This document shows, in pieces, positions 47,849 to 57,982 of a stretch of DNA of 64,000 nucleotides. The first letter of the stretch is position 1. Each line of letters begins with the position of its first letter. The position numbers and the translations under genes were made by a program. The notes beneath the pieces are model-generated. The model searched no databases. It saw only the letters and a program-made list of their open reading frames with translations, and was not told the origin of the DNA. The stretch covers positions 128,001-192,000 of the forward strand of contig OZ244732.1 in the NCBI GenBank assembly GCA_965219345.1, in the 5' to 3' direction. Source of the DNA: Nitrosopumilus sp. (lineage in GTDB: Archaea > Thermoproteota > Nitrososphaeria > Nitrososphaerales > Nitrosopumilaceae).

Positions 47849-48238
47849 ATTATTGCCCTTTGTTTTGTGTTTGAACACACATCAAGCATTTTCCGGATCT
47901 CTTCTGTGGTCCATCCACGCTCTATTACAGATTTGATCTTTGCTGGGAATATTTTTCTCAATTTCTTGAAATTTATAATAACATCATTCATCTCCAAAAA
48001 CGCCTGAATTGGATAATAATAGTAGCCTATACTGTTAGGATTATTTTTTTTCACGCCTAAATACGATATAATCCTCGATTAATCTGGTGAGTTTTTTTGG
48101 TTTTAGTTTTAATATATCCCGATATTTGTTAAATTTTCCAAAATCTTTGAAATATTTCATACAATTGAGATAGTTCTCTTCTGTTGATTTTGTTTTAATA
48201 GATGCTCGAAATACTTTCATACATCTTTCCTCTACCAT
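47840..48238 (-). pseudogene. Tyrosine integrase remnant (frameshift in an A8 run, truncated before the catalytic Arg)
   Basis: SIKTKSTEENY...IEDYI / FLEMNDV..NFKKLRK...RGWTTEEIRKML...RAIIHF. Confidence 0.75.
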
Positions 48239-48324
48239 GATTAACCTAGGTGTGAGTAATTAATAAAGACAGATTATTGTGTCTTTAACGTATATAAGAG
48301 AAGATTCGAACTCGGTTTCTATAG

Positions 48325-48807
48325 ATGGCTTATTCAAAAATATTGAGAAGGCTTAGAGAGGAAAAGACCAATTATAAAAAACGTGGAACCATGTTGATGG
48401 GAAAACGCGATTTTATTACTGTAAATATTACTAATGAAAATACCCAAGTCCAAATTCTCAAGGCTGAAATGACTGGCGATAAGGTTGTTGCATCTGCACA
48501 TTCCAGATATCTACTTGACAAAGGATGGAAGGGATCAAGAAAGAGTGTACCCGCAGCTTATCTTACAGGCTATTTAGCTGGAAAGAAAGCACTTGGTCAA
48601 GGCTCAAAGGATGCTATTCTTTATACTGGAACTAGAAGATATACGCAAAGAATGGCTGCAGCTCTAAAAGGAGTCATTGATGCGGGTGTTAAAGTACCAG
48701 CTAACGAAGAAACATTTCCATCTGATGACAGAATTAACGGAGAACATCTTACTGTTAAAAACGATGTCCCAAAAATAAAATCTGCAATTGATACTGAGGT
48801 TAAATAG
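48325..48807 (+). CDS. rpl18: 50S ribosomal protein L18
   Basis: RREEKTNYKKR-like N-terminus, PAAYLTG. Confidence 0.95.
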   Translation: MAYSKILRRLREEKTNYKKRGTMLMGKRDFITVNITNENTQVQILKAEMTGDKVVASAHSRYLLDKGWKGSRKSVPAAYLTGYLAGKKALGQGSKDAILYTGTRRYTQRMAAALKGVIDAGVKVPANEETFPSDDRINGEHLTVKNDVPKIKSAIDTEVK

Positions 48808-48809
48808 AA

Positions 48810-49523
48810 ATGAGTCAAGCAACGCAATCTAGCGGTCCACGTGGAAAAAGAGCACCCGTATACGGACGAGGTCCACCAGGAGGAGCTAAAGGAAATGGTG
48901 ATCGTCCTAAAAGACCAAGAAGAGAACCGGTAGAAGAGGTCTGGGTTCCAAAAACTGTCTTAGGGCAGAAAGTTAATTCAGGAGAAATTTCTTCGCTTGA
49001 AGAAATAATTGAATCAGGATTAAGAATTCAAGAAGCAGGAATTATCAAGAAACTACTTCCAGATTTAACAAGTGAAGTTGTGGATGTGGGAATTATTCAA
49101 AAAATGACTTCAAATGGACAGTCTACTAGATTCAAAGCAATGGTTGCAGCTGGAAATGAAAATGGTTACTTGGGAATAGGTCAAGGAAAATCAAAACAGA
49201 TGAGAATTGCTATTGAGAAAGCAACAAGTCAAGCTTTTCTGAATGTTAATCCGATTAAGCTAGGATGCGGTAGTTGGGAATGTAGATGTGATCAAAAACA
49301 TTCTGTACCATTCAGGGTTAGAGGAAAGGGCGGAAGTGTCACGATTGAAATTATTCCAGCACCTCGCGGATTAGGTCTTGTTGCTGGTGGTAAAATTAAA
49401 CGATTATTGGAATTGGCAGGTCTTAAAGATGCATGGACTACTGCAAAAGGCTCCACTCCAACAATGAATTCAACTTCAAAAGCAGTACTAGATTGTCTTA
49501 GACAGACATTTAGTCAGGGTTGA
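48810..49523 (+). CDS. rps5: 30S ribosomal protein S5
   Basis: WVPKT, GCGSWEC, PAPRGLGL. Confidence 0.96.
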   Translation: MSQATQSSGPRGKRAPVYGRGPPGGAKGNGDRPKRPRREPVEEVWVPKTVLGQKVNSGEISSLEEIIESGLRIQEAGIIKKLLPDLTSEVVDVGIIQKMTSNGQSTRFKAMVAAGNENGYLGIGQGKSKQMRIAIEKATSQAFLNVNPIKLGCGSWECRCDQKHSVPFRVRGKGGSVTIEIIPAPRGLGLVAGGKIKRLLELAGLKDAWTTAKGSTPTMNSTSKAVLDCLRQTFSQG

Positions 49524-49529
49524 TGAAAA

Positions 49530-49997
49530 ATGGCAAATGCATATCTTGTTGTTAGAATAAAAGGTCAAGCTGATTGTCCATATTGGGCAACTCACACGAT
49601 GACTTTGTTAAAATTGGATAAAAAATATCGTGCAACAATTTTGCCTGCTAAAGAAAACACTTTGGGAATGTTAAAAAAAGTACAACATTATGTGTCTTGG
49701 ATCGAACTTGACGCTTCTTTGGCAAAAGAACTGATTGACAAGAAAGCAAGAAAATCCGGTTATCAGAAAATAACTGCCGATGATCTAAAAGAACTTGGTT
49801 TTGCAAGTTCTGATGAATTGGCAGCAGCTTTGGCTGAAGGCAGGGCCACCTTATCTAAATTAAAACCCCTAAAACCATGGTTTGCTTTGGCACCTCCAAG
49901 ACATGGATTCAAGAGGAGCACCAAGAAACTGTATGGACAGAAAGGTGTCCTTGGAAAAAACAAAGAACTTGGCACTATAGTACGGAATATGATGTAA
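49530..49997 (+). CDS. rpl30: 50S ribosomal protein L30
   Basis: VVRIKG, LAPPRHGF. Confidence 0.95.
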   Translation: MANAYLVVRIKGQADCPYWATHTMTLLKLDKKYRATILPAKENTLGMLKKVQHYVSWIELDASLAKELIDKKARKSGYQKITADDLKELGFASSDELAAALAEGRATLSKLKPLKPWFALAPPRHGFKRSTKKLYGQKGVLGKNKELGTIVRNMM

Positions 49998-49998
49998 C

Positions 49999-50427
49999 AT
50001 GGCAACAAGATTAAGAAAGACCAGAAGACTCAGAGGAGGACGACATATGGGATGGGGACAAGTAGGTCAGCATCGTTCAAGTGGTCACAGGGGAGGTCTT
50101 GGGAATATTGGTATGATGAAACACCACTACAGTTCCATGTTAAAATTTGATCCAGATCATTATGGCCATGATTCAACTAAACCACCTCACCCAAATATTA
50201 CAAAAAAATGGACTAGCGTCCGGGATCTAGATGACCTGTTCACTAAATTCGGTAAAGAAGAAGAAGGAGGAAAGAAAATCGTAGACCTACAAAGTGCAGG
50301 ATATGAAAAGCTCCTTGGTGGCGGAAAACTAACTAACGCTTATTCCGTCAAAGTACAACAATTTACAGCATCTGCAGAAGAGAAATTAAAAGCAGTTGGG
50401 GGAGAGGTATTATCAAATAATGGCTGA
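49999..50427 (+). CDS. rpl15: 50S ribosomal protein L15
   Basis: RKTRRLRG, KLLGGG. Confidence 0.95.
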   Translation: MATRLRKTRRLRGGRHMGWGQVGQHRSSGHRGGLGNIGMMKHHYSSMLKFDPDHYGHDSTKPPHPNITKKWTSVRDLDDLFTKFGKEEEGGKKIVDLQSAGYEKLLGGGKLTNAYSVKVQQFTASAEEKLKAVGGEVLSNNG

Positions 50428-51850
50428 AGGTAGCATTACCACTATTATCAGAAAAATCGTTTTTAGAGTGGAACCATATCTTCCTCAAGTACCAAAACCA
50501 AAAAAGAAAATTTCTCTTCAGAAAAAATTGTTATGGTGTGGATGCATACTACTGATCTATATGGTAATGGGGCAAACCCCATTATTTGGTGCCACAGCAC
50601 CGCAGTTTGACTTTCTAGCATTTGCTAGAGTTATTTTTGCATCACAGCAAGGCACACTGGTTGAATTAGGAATAGGGCCGATAGTCACAGCTGGACTCTT
50701 GATGCAATTATTGAGAGGTTCAGAAATTCTCAAATTTGATTTCAAAAAACCGGAAGAAAGAGGAATATTTCAAACAGCTACCAAAATGGTCACATACATT
50801 GTAATTGTAGTTGAATCTATCGTATATGCCATAGCAGTTTATGGCCCCGGAGTTGCTGAACCGACCGTTTTGTATGTGATGATTGCGCAGCTGATGGGGG
50901 CATCGATAATTATTATGTTCTTAGACGAAACAATCCAAAAGGGTTGGGGTCTTGGCAGTGGAATCAGTCTATTCATTATGGCCGGTGTTGCTCAACAGAT
51001 TCTTTGGAGTCTGTTTAGCCCGTTACCCGCAGGTGATGGAGGAATGATCGGCATTATCCCGTACATAGGAGAGTCTATCATTAATGGTGATGTTTCAAAC
51101 ATCTTGTTCCGTGCAAATCAACTCCCGAGTATCTTTGGACTGTGTCTTACCGCAGGAATACTGTTAATACTTGTATTTACTCAAGGTATGAAAATTGAGA
51201 TTCCAATTGTCTCTACAAAATACAGAGGTTTCTCTGCTGTCTATCCCATTAAAATGATGTATGTCTCCAACATTCCAGTAATTTTAGCATCTGCACTTAC
51301 TGCAAATGCCGTTTTCATATTCCAAATGCTGTGGGCAAATGCGAACCCGCGGAATAATAATTTCTTTATGAATTTTATAGCGCAATTTGATCCTACAAGT
51401 CCCAATACCCCGATAGACGGGATCATCTATTACATCACTCCTCCAAGAGGTTTGGATGTTGCCGCTTTAGATCCTATGCGTGCGGTAGGCTATGTGATAT
51501 TCATGATTGGAATCGTAGTTGTATTTGGCAAGTTATGGGTAGAACTTGGAGGCTTGTCGCCAAAAAGTGCAGCTCAGAACTTACTTGATGCGGATGTTCA
51601 AATTCCCGGATTTAGAAGATCTAACAAACCAGTTGAAGCATTACTCAACAAGTACATTCCGTCAGTTACCATAATTGGCTCTATGATTTTGGGTCTCTTG
51701 GCAGGCGTATCTGATGTTCTTGGCGTATTTGGTTCTGGTATTGGAATTTTACTTATGGTAGATATTCTCATAAACTATTATACGCAGTTGGTTAGAGAAC
51801 AGGTTGAGGTCGTCATGCCGCGTTTGGGTGCTCTGCTTGGTAGAAAATAA
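50420..51850 (+). CDS. secY: Preprotein translocase SecY
   Basis: ELGIGPIVTA, GSGISLFI, YVSNIPVIL. Confidence 0.97.
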   Translation: MAEGSITTIIRKIVFRVEPYLPQVPKPKKKISLQKKLLWCGCILLIYMVMGQTPLFGATAPQFDFLAFARVIFASQQGTLVELGIGPIVTAGLLMQLLRGSEILKFDFKKPEERGIFQTATKMVTYIVIVVESIVYAIAVYGPGVAEPTVLYVMIAQLMGASIIIMFLDETIQKGWGLGSGISLFIMAGVAQQILWSLFSPLPAGDGGMIGIIPYIGESIINGDVSNILFRANQLPSIFGLCLTAGILLILVFTQGMKIEIPIVSTKYRGFSAVYPIKMMYVSNIPVILASALTANAVFIFQMLWANANPRNNNFFMNFIAQFDPTSPNTPIDGIIYYITPPRGLDVAALDPMRAVGYVIFMIGIVVVFGKLWVELGGLSPKSAAQNLLDADVQIPGFRRSNKPVEALLNKYIPSVTIIGSMILGLLAGVSDVLGVFGSGIGILLMVDILINYYTQLVREQVEVVMPRLGALLGRK

Positions 51851-52415
51851 GACAATTGTGATGGTAGGAATACCAGGTGTTGGAAAAACTACACTGTTAT
51901 CCAAAATGGTTGAAGTCATAAAAAAACATGGTAAAAGTGTTCATGTGATTAGTTTTGGAACTTTGATGTGTGAGGTTGCCAAGAAAAATGGTCTTAGTGA
52001 TAGAGATGAGCTTCGAAAATTACCAGTAACTGAGCAACAAGAACTTCAAAAACTTGCCGCAGAAAAAATCGCTGCACAGACTGAACAAGTTATAATTATT
52101 GACACTCATGCGTTTATCAATTCTCCAGGAGGCTATTATCCTGGCTTGCCGGAACATGTTTTGAAAATTATCAAACCAACAAACTTTGTTTCTATTTCTG
52201 CAAAACCAGAAGAAATCTACAACAGACGAATGAAAGATGATACCAGAAATAGAGACAAAATCACCGTTACTAACATTAAAAAAGAATTAGATATTCAAGC
52301 AGGTATGATTTCCGCATGTTCAGTAATTACTGGCTCTCCAGTGAAATTCATCAACAATCAAGAGGGAAAGATTGATGAGATATCCGAGAAAATAATTGAT
52401 GCAATAGGAGTGTAA
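51837..52415 (+). CDS. adkA: Adenylate kinase, archaeal type
   Basis: GIPGVGKTT, DRDELRKL, DTH, YYPGLP. Confidence 0.93.
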   Translation: MVENKTIVMVGIPGVGKTTLLSKMVEVIKKHGKSVHVISFGTLMCEVAKKNGLSDRDELRKLPVTEQQELQKLAAEKIAAQTEQVIIIDTHAFINSPGGYYPGLPEHVLKIIKPTNFVSISAKPEEIYNRRMKDDTRNRDKITVTNIKKELDIQAGMISACSVITGSPVKFINNQEGKIDEISEKIIDAIGV

Positions 52416-52418
52416 AAA

Positions 52419-53045
52419 ATGGATTTTAACTTTATTCTGCTTTTCATCGAATCAATTTACCTTCAATTTGACTTCTTTGGGGAAGAAGGAAGTAGAATGA
52501 ATTTAGGAAGTGATGATCCAATAATTCAGGGACTAATTCTTTCTATGTTTGTAGTATCTGGATTTGGCATCCTGCTCAATCTATTCAATGCCGGAGTTAG
52601 AAAGAAGATGGTTGATCAAGTAAAACTAAAACGCATTATGAAGGAAACACGTGCATATCAGAAAGAAAGAATGAAGGCGATGAGATCCAAAGATCAGGCA
52701 AAAATAAATGAACTAAGCAAAAAATCTTCGTACATGAACAAAATGTCAATGGAAATGATGCAGATGAATATGAAACCTATGATGATTACTTTTGTACCTT
52801 TAATCCTGATATTTTATCTTGTATTGCCACAGCTATTCTCTTTCACTGTAGCCTTATCTCCAATTCCACTAAATGTGATTCCAGGGGATTTCTTTCAGTT
52901 AACATGTACTGCGGCACAGGCAGCAGATCCAGAACATATTTGTCCCGAAGAAGACGCGATATATCTTTGGGCATGGTATTTCCTCTCCTCCATTGCTTTT
53001 AGTGGCATGGTTATGAAACTAACAAAAACAACAATGGGTACTTGA
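52419..53045 (+). CDS. EMC3/TMCO1 (DUF106) membrane protein
   Basis: MKPMMITFVP, WYFL; conserved position after adk. Confidence 0.88.
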   Translation: MDFNFILLFIESIYLQFDFFGEEGSRMNLGSDDPIIQGLILSMFVVSGFGILLNLFNAGVRKKMVDQVKLKRIMKETRAYQKERMKAMRSKDQAKINELSKKSSYMNKMSMEMMQMNMKPMMITFVPLILIFYLVLPQLFSFTVALSPIPLNVIPGDFFQLTCTAAQAADPEHICPEEDAIYLWAWYFLSSIAFSGMVMKLTKTTMGT

Positions 53046-53602
53046 CAAAATCCATTGTTATTTCTGGTCCTCCCGCAGTAGGCAAAACAACTGTTGCTAA
53101 AGGATTAGCAGAAAAATTTCAGTTACAATATCTTAGCGGAGGAGATGTACTAAAAGAGATGGCCAAAGAACAAGGTTTTGATTCTGATGGCGATGACTGG
53201 TGGGATACGGAAGATGGGATGAAGTTTCTCAGTCAGCGTGAGCAAAATTCTGAATTTGATAAAAAACTGGATGAAAAGCTAACTGGGCTCTTCAATGAGG
53301 GCGGAATGGTAGTCACAAGCTACACTTTACCATGGCTAGTCAAAGATGGCATCAAAATTTGGCTGGAGGGTTCTCATAAAAGTAGTACCATGAGAATGCA
53401 GTTCAGAGATGATATGAGCACTGAAAATGCTTACGAAATTACAAAAAAACGATTTGATAAGAATAAAGCATTGTACAAAAAATTATACAACTTTGATTTT
53501 GGTGATGATACGTCTGTGTTTGATGTAATAATTAATACGGATAACCTAACCGCCCAACAAGTAATTGATGTCGCAAAAGAAACCGTGAGAAAATTACTAT
53601 GA
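53042..53602 (+). CDS. cmk: Cytidylate kinase
   Basis: ISGPPAVGKTT; position in operon. Confidence 0.9.
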   Translation: MTKSIVISGPPAVGKTTVAKGLAEKFQLQYLSGGDVLKEMAKEQGFDSDGDDWWDTEDGMKFLSQREQNSEFDKKLDEKLTGLFNEGGMVVTSYTLPWLVKDGIKIWLEGSHKSSTMRMQFRDDMSTENAYEITKKRFDKNKALYKKLYNFDFGDDTSVFDVIINTDNLTAQQVIDVAKETVRKLL

Positions 53603-54600
53603 CCCTCAAACAACTTGAAAATCTTACTGAAATTGATCAGGATATTACTGATGATACCTTTGGAACATATTATGATAAAAGAACAGTAGAACAGCTACTA
53701 AATTATGGAATTATTCTATTGGACAAACCACCAGGCCCAACAAGTCATGAAACCGTAGCTTGGACTAAACGTATTTTGAAACTACCAAAGATTGGCCATA
53801 GTGGAACCCTTGATCCTCAAGTTTCAGGAGTCTTGCCCTTAGGGCTTGGCGAAGCTACCAAAGCATTGGGAGTTTTACTTTACGGTCCCAAAGAATATCA
53901 TGCATTAGGACGAGTTCATTCCCTTCCCCCTAAAGAAAAACTTGACGAAACAATTGACTTGTTTAGAGGAGAAATCTTTCAAAAACCTCCGCAACGTTCT
54001 GCTGTTGTAAGACAAACAAGAACAAGAACTATCTATGAATTTGAAGTGTTAGAACAAAAAGAACGGTTACTCTTAACCAGAGTTTTGTGTGAAGCCGGAA
54101 CCTATATTCGAAAATTATACTATGATTTAGGAGAAATTCTTGGGCCTGGCGCTACAATGATAGAGCTTAGGCGAACCAGAGTGGGTCAATTTCGCGAGAC
54201 TGATGGGTTGGTAACTCTTCATGAACTTGCAAATGCATATGCAATATGGGAAGAGGAAAAAGATGACAGTAAATTAATGAAAATAATCAAGCCTGTCGAA
54301 TATGCATTTAGCGAATTAAGGTCGGCAGTAATTCGCGACTCTGCAGTAGATGCAATGTGTCATGGAGCACAACTTGCAATTCCTGGCATTTTACAAATTT
54401 CTCCAAATCTAAAGAATGGAGATATTGTTGCAATCTATACACAAAAAGGAGAGGCTGTTGCTTTAGCTGAATCGATGATGTCTGAGGAAGAGATTCGTGA
54501 CGCTACTAAAGGATATGCATTCGAAACAAAGAGAATCATCATGGCTCCAAATACCTATCCAAAAAAGTGGAGAACAAAGCAAATCCCTCCAAAGGATTAA
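53599..54600 (+). CDS. cbf5: RNA-guided pseudouridine synthase Cbf5
   Basis: LDKPPGPTSH, GHSGTLDP, GTYIR, PUA domain. Confidence 0.96.
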   Translation: MTLKQLENLTEIDQDITDDTFGTYYDKRTVEQLLNYGIILLDKPPGPTSHETVAWTKRILKLPKIGHSGTLDPQVSGVLPLGLGEATKALGVLLYGPKEYHALGRVHSLPPKEKLDETIDLFRGEIFQKPPQRSAVVRQTRTRTIYEFEVLEQKERLLLTRVLCEAGTYIRKLYYDLGEILGPGATMIELRRTRVGQFRETDGLVTLHELANAYAIWEEEKDDSKLMKIIKPVEYAFSELRSAVIRDSAVDAMCHGAQLAIPGILQISPNLKNGDIVAIYTQKGEAVALAESMMSEEEIRDATKGYAFETKRIIMAPNTYPKKWRTKQIPPKD

Positions 54601-55073
54601 AAAATCAAGAAATTATTTTAAAAGAATTGTTAGCAAAAAGTTTGGTAATCTTTATTGGAATTGGTTTGATTTCCGGACTTGCATTTGGCGCTTATTTGCT
54701 TGATGTAAAAAATACTAGTCAACTAGTTTTTGTTGAAGGATCTTCGGTTTCGGTGGTAACAGAAAAATTTGATTTTAAAAAAGGTGAAGAGATAAAAATT
54801 CGAATTGTGAATTCTGGAACCGTTCCATTGATTTTTTCTGATGCTTCATATGGTCTTAGAATTACTGGATTATCTGGAATATTGATATATTCGCCTGTTG
54901 CTGCGCAAGTGATCTCTCAGCTAGAACCTGGTGATGAAATTGAATTTTTATGGGATCAAATAAAAAATGATGGTGAAACCGCTTTGGAAGGTCTTTATAA
55001 AATATCTACAAAGGGAATGGACAGACAGGGAAACCAAGTAGAAAAATCAACCACTGTTACAATTTGGAAATAG
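54567..55073 (+). CDS. Membrane-anchored Ig-like hypothetical protein
   Basis: TM helix then beta-rich domain (LEPG...WDQ...GLY). Confidence 0.65.
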   Translation: MENKANPSKGLKNQEIILKELLAKSLVIFIGIGLISGLAFGAYLLDVKNTSQLVFVEGSSVSVVTEKFDFKKGEEIKIRIVNSGTVPLIFSDASYGLRITGLSGILIYSPVAAQVISQLEPGDEIEFLWDQIKNDGETALEGLYKISTKGMDRQGNQVEKSTTVTIWK

Positions 55074-55136
55074 TTTTTGATTCCAAATCATATAATATAT
55101 AATCAAATCTTACCGAATAATTTTGTCGTAAGACTT

Positions 55137-55234
55137 GCCGGGGTCGCCTAGCCTGGTAGGGCGCGCGCCTGGAAATAATTTACCATAAAGCGCGTTCTCG
55201 CAAGGGAACGGGAGTTCAAATCTCCCTCCCGGCG
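55137..55234 (+). tRNA. tRNA-Ser(GGA) with ~14-nt intron at 37/38 (55175-55188)
   Basis: Acceptor GCCGGGG/TCCCGGC, anticodon stem CGCGC/GCGCG, long variable arm, TTCAAAT T-loop, followed by a T-run. Confidence 0.92.
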
Positions 55235-55612
55235 CTTTTTTTGAGTACCAATATAGTTTTGTAAATCTCCTCAAGGATTATATTTTCACATACTAAGAAG
55301 GGTGTTTGAAATATTTTTCTTTACATTCTTGAGAGTAAAATTCGCTTATGAACAGATCAAAAATTTTCCCACAATTTTTACGTCTTATATCCATCAATAT
55401 GCCCCAATTATTTTCAAAATGCTCATAATCAAAATGGTTTTTAGATACAGTGCTTGCATGGGGTAAATTTTTCTTTTATTGCTTGTTCAAGCATATCTGG
55501 AAAAGTAATGCCTGCCTTCTTTTTTTATATCACGGATTTTACATTCTGGCTTCATCATTGCCAAATGATGACAGTCACATTCAGTTTATCTCTGAGATAT
55601 CCTGCCATGATA

Positions 55613-56401
55613 TTATTTGCTTATTTCCAAGAGAATGTTCTCATCTTGCCATCGAATATTCTCTAAATCATCAAAATTATTTCTAATATTTTGCTTGAAT
55701 TTCTCTAATGATTTTTTAAACTTATCTTTGCTGTACAGAGTAAATGTGGAATAATGATTATTTTTTGCTTTTTTTATAAGACTACTCAGACTAGAGATTC
55801 TATTATGCCCAAATACATGGGTATGATCAATTTTCATATCTGTCTTTTCAACAGCATATTTTAATTCATCAAATTCAAACAGACGATCCTCAATTTCTGC
55901 AAATAATGGAAAGTATTGTCCCCAAATGTTTCTAGAATTTTGATTTCGTAATCGTGTGTAAATAAATGCATGACCGTCATCTTTTAGGCATTCATAAACT
56001 TCCGCTAAAAATTTTTGAATGTCAAAATGATGTATGGCATTAAATGTTACAATACAATCCATGGAATCACTTTCTAAAGGCAATTTACTGGCATTTCCGG
56101 GTACCGCACAAAAATTCAAAATATTGTTATCTTTCAGATAACTTCTCAAATGTCTGATCATGTCTTCATTGTAATCAATACAGTGAAGATAACTATCATC
56201 ATCTAATGATTTTAAAAGTTCCAGTGAATATCGTCCATCCCCACAACCTACATCAGTCATGGTGATTCCTGATTTTTTACGCAGATGATTCATTATGTGT
56301 TGTATTGGATCTGAATCGGTTGTTCTCAGACCTTTATATTTTGGAGCAATTTCTGAAAAATGACTACTTGTCTTTTGTTCAGCAATTATGGTTTCATTCA
56401 A
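55613..56401 (-). CDS. Class I SAM-dependent methyltransferase
   Basis: DVGCGDG, LPLESDSMD, AIHHF. Confidence 0.88.
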   Translation of the reverse strand: MNETIIAEQKTSSHFSEIAPKYKGLRTTDSDPIQHIMNHLRKKSGITMTDVGCGDGRYSLELLKSLDDDSYLHCIDYNEDMIRHLRSYLKDNNILNFCAVPGNASKLPLESDSMDCIVTFNAIHHFDIQKFLAEVYECLKDDGHAFIYTRLRNQNSRNIWGQYFPLFAEIEDRLFEFDELKYAVEKTDMKIDHTHVFGHNRISSLSSLIKKAKNNHYSTFTLYSKDKFKKSLEKFKQNIRNNFDDLENIRWQDENILLEISK

Positions 56402-56521
56402 GATGTTGTCTCCTTTTTCATTCCCACATCACACAAACAAATCAAGAAGATATGAACGAAATTCCCATACTGAGTATTGTTGTAACTGGGATTACAAGTA
56501 CACGTAAAATTATTCATTAAT

Positions 56522-56541
56522 TGCACCCGGAGGGATTTGAA
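56522..56541 (-). other. tRNA 3'-end fragment (TTCAAATCCCTCCGGGTGCA), probable att site
   Basis: T-loop, 3' T-stem, 3' acceptor strand and discriminator without the rest of a tRNA. Confidence 0.6.
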
Positions 56542-56683
56542 TCGGTATGACTCTAAATTGAACTGAATTCCAAAAAATCATTCTATTTTCATTACCTTGC
56601 TTTGTCCTATAAACTAGTTGCCTGAAAATACCCATTATTTCCGAAAATGCGTCGGCATATACCCAAGTAAAACAGCTTATAGT

Positions 56684-57004
56684 ATGTTTAAAAAAATAAT
56701 TGAAAAACTGAAATTTGATCCTTGTAAAACCAAAGTCACTAGTGGCGTAAATGCATTTACAGAATCTGAGAAAAAGAGATCAGAGGATGTAGAAAAATAA
56801 ATGGCATATCATCGCAGACATTGTAGTTTTAGTTGGGATGCATCTGAAGGAGATATTCAAAAGTTACTTCCTCATAAAAAGACTCATCAAAAGAAGGTTT
56901 CAGCCTAAATGTTGACTTGTAATAAATGCTACAATGGGCATCATGATCAGTGTATGGGAAAAGATGGAATGTTTGATTGCGGTCGTAAGTGTTTTAAAAA
57001 ATAA
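56684..57004 (+). other. Three coupled micro-ORFs (56684-56800, 56801-56908, 56909-57004)
   Basis: TAA-ATG junctions; the last two are Cys/His-rich. Confidence 0.45.
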
Positions 57005-57056
57005 ATAAAACAAGATAATCATGATAAATTTGTTTTATTTTTAGGAATTTACAACA

Positions 57057-57600
57057 CTAGTCATAGACCATTAATTTTTTTCTTCAAGCAAACTATGAAT
57101 TTGATTGACAGACCGATGAACATTTTTTTCAAATTTAGCTCCCACACAGACTAATTTGCCTGATGCAAAAATTAGAATCACAGTTTTAGGATCAAGCATT
57201 CTGTGAATCAACCCTGGAAATTGCTCTGGCTCATACATGCTTCTAGGAAGAGTCCTAGCTGCTTGTTCCAAGTTAACCTTGCCTCCAAGATTAATTGATG
57301 AAACAATATTTTGTATTGAAACTATGGGGTCGTTTTTAATTTTGATTTTACCTTTCCTCAACATTTCCGTAACTCTATGTACTGCAGTTTCTACTAATTC
57401 TTGTGATTTGGCCCAGTACATACCATTTTCCCTGAGCCAAAAAGTAGCGTAGCAGTTTTTGGAGTTTTAAGTCTAAAAACAGCCCTTGGAAATTGTTCTG
57501 GATGATACTCTACAGCAGGGAATTTTTTTGTGATATCTACAAGATCTAATCTTTGATTTATGGTTGCAGAAGATACTATGTTGACTATTGCAATTACAGT
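57057..57600 (-). pseudogene. tbp: TATA-binding protein paralog with two frameshifts and no start codon
   Basis: VNIVSSA...EYHPEQFP...FGSGKMVCTG / AKS...YEPEQFPGLIHR...EEK / LMVYD*. Confidence 0.85.
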
Positions 57601-57982
57601 TGCGTATTATTTCCAGTTCAGGTTGGCTTGGTTCATAATGCAGAGGTGCCTTGTTCCCTCCCTGAGACCTTGACGGGACGGCATTTGGATTTTTTCATGG
57701 CTTGCCTTAATTTCATCGGGTTCCCCGGTACGTGCCGAAGTCCGGCCGCGGGATTGGCAATGATTCCTGCATGCGGCCAGTTCCCGGAGATTCCACAAAC
57801 TGGTTCAGGTGGATATCTCGGTGAGTAATGTAGCAGCAAAATGTGAGCGGCCAGTTCCTGGAAATTCCACAGGTTGGCTCAGATGCGACATGTAATTCTT
57901 TTTTTTGGCGCATTGCGGCTTTCTTAATGCCGTATGCACATACGCGCATACACGCATATACGCACACGCACACGTACACGTA

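Larger units (their letters stand above)
46235..48297. mobile_element. Decayed integrative element bounded by 13-bp direct repeats TTAACGTATATAA (46235-46247 and 48285-48297)
   Basis: Identical 13-mers at both ends; integrase remnant beside the right repeat; interrupts argF-rpl18. Confidence 0.7.
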
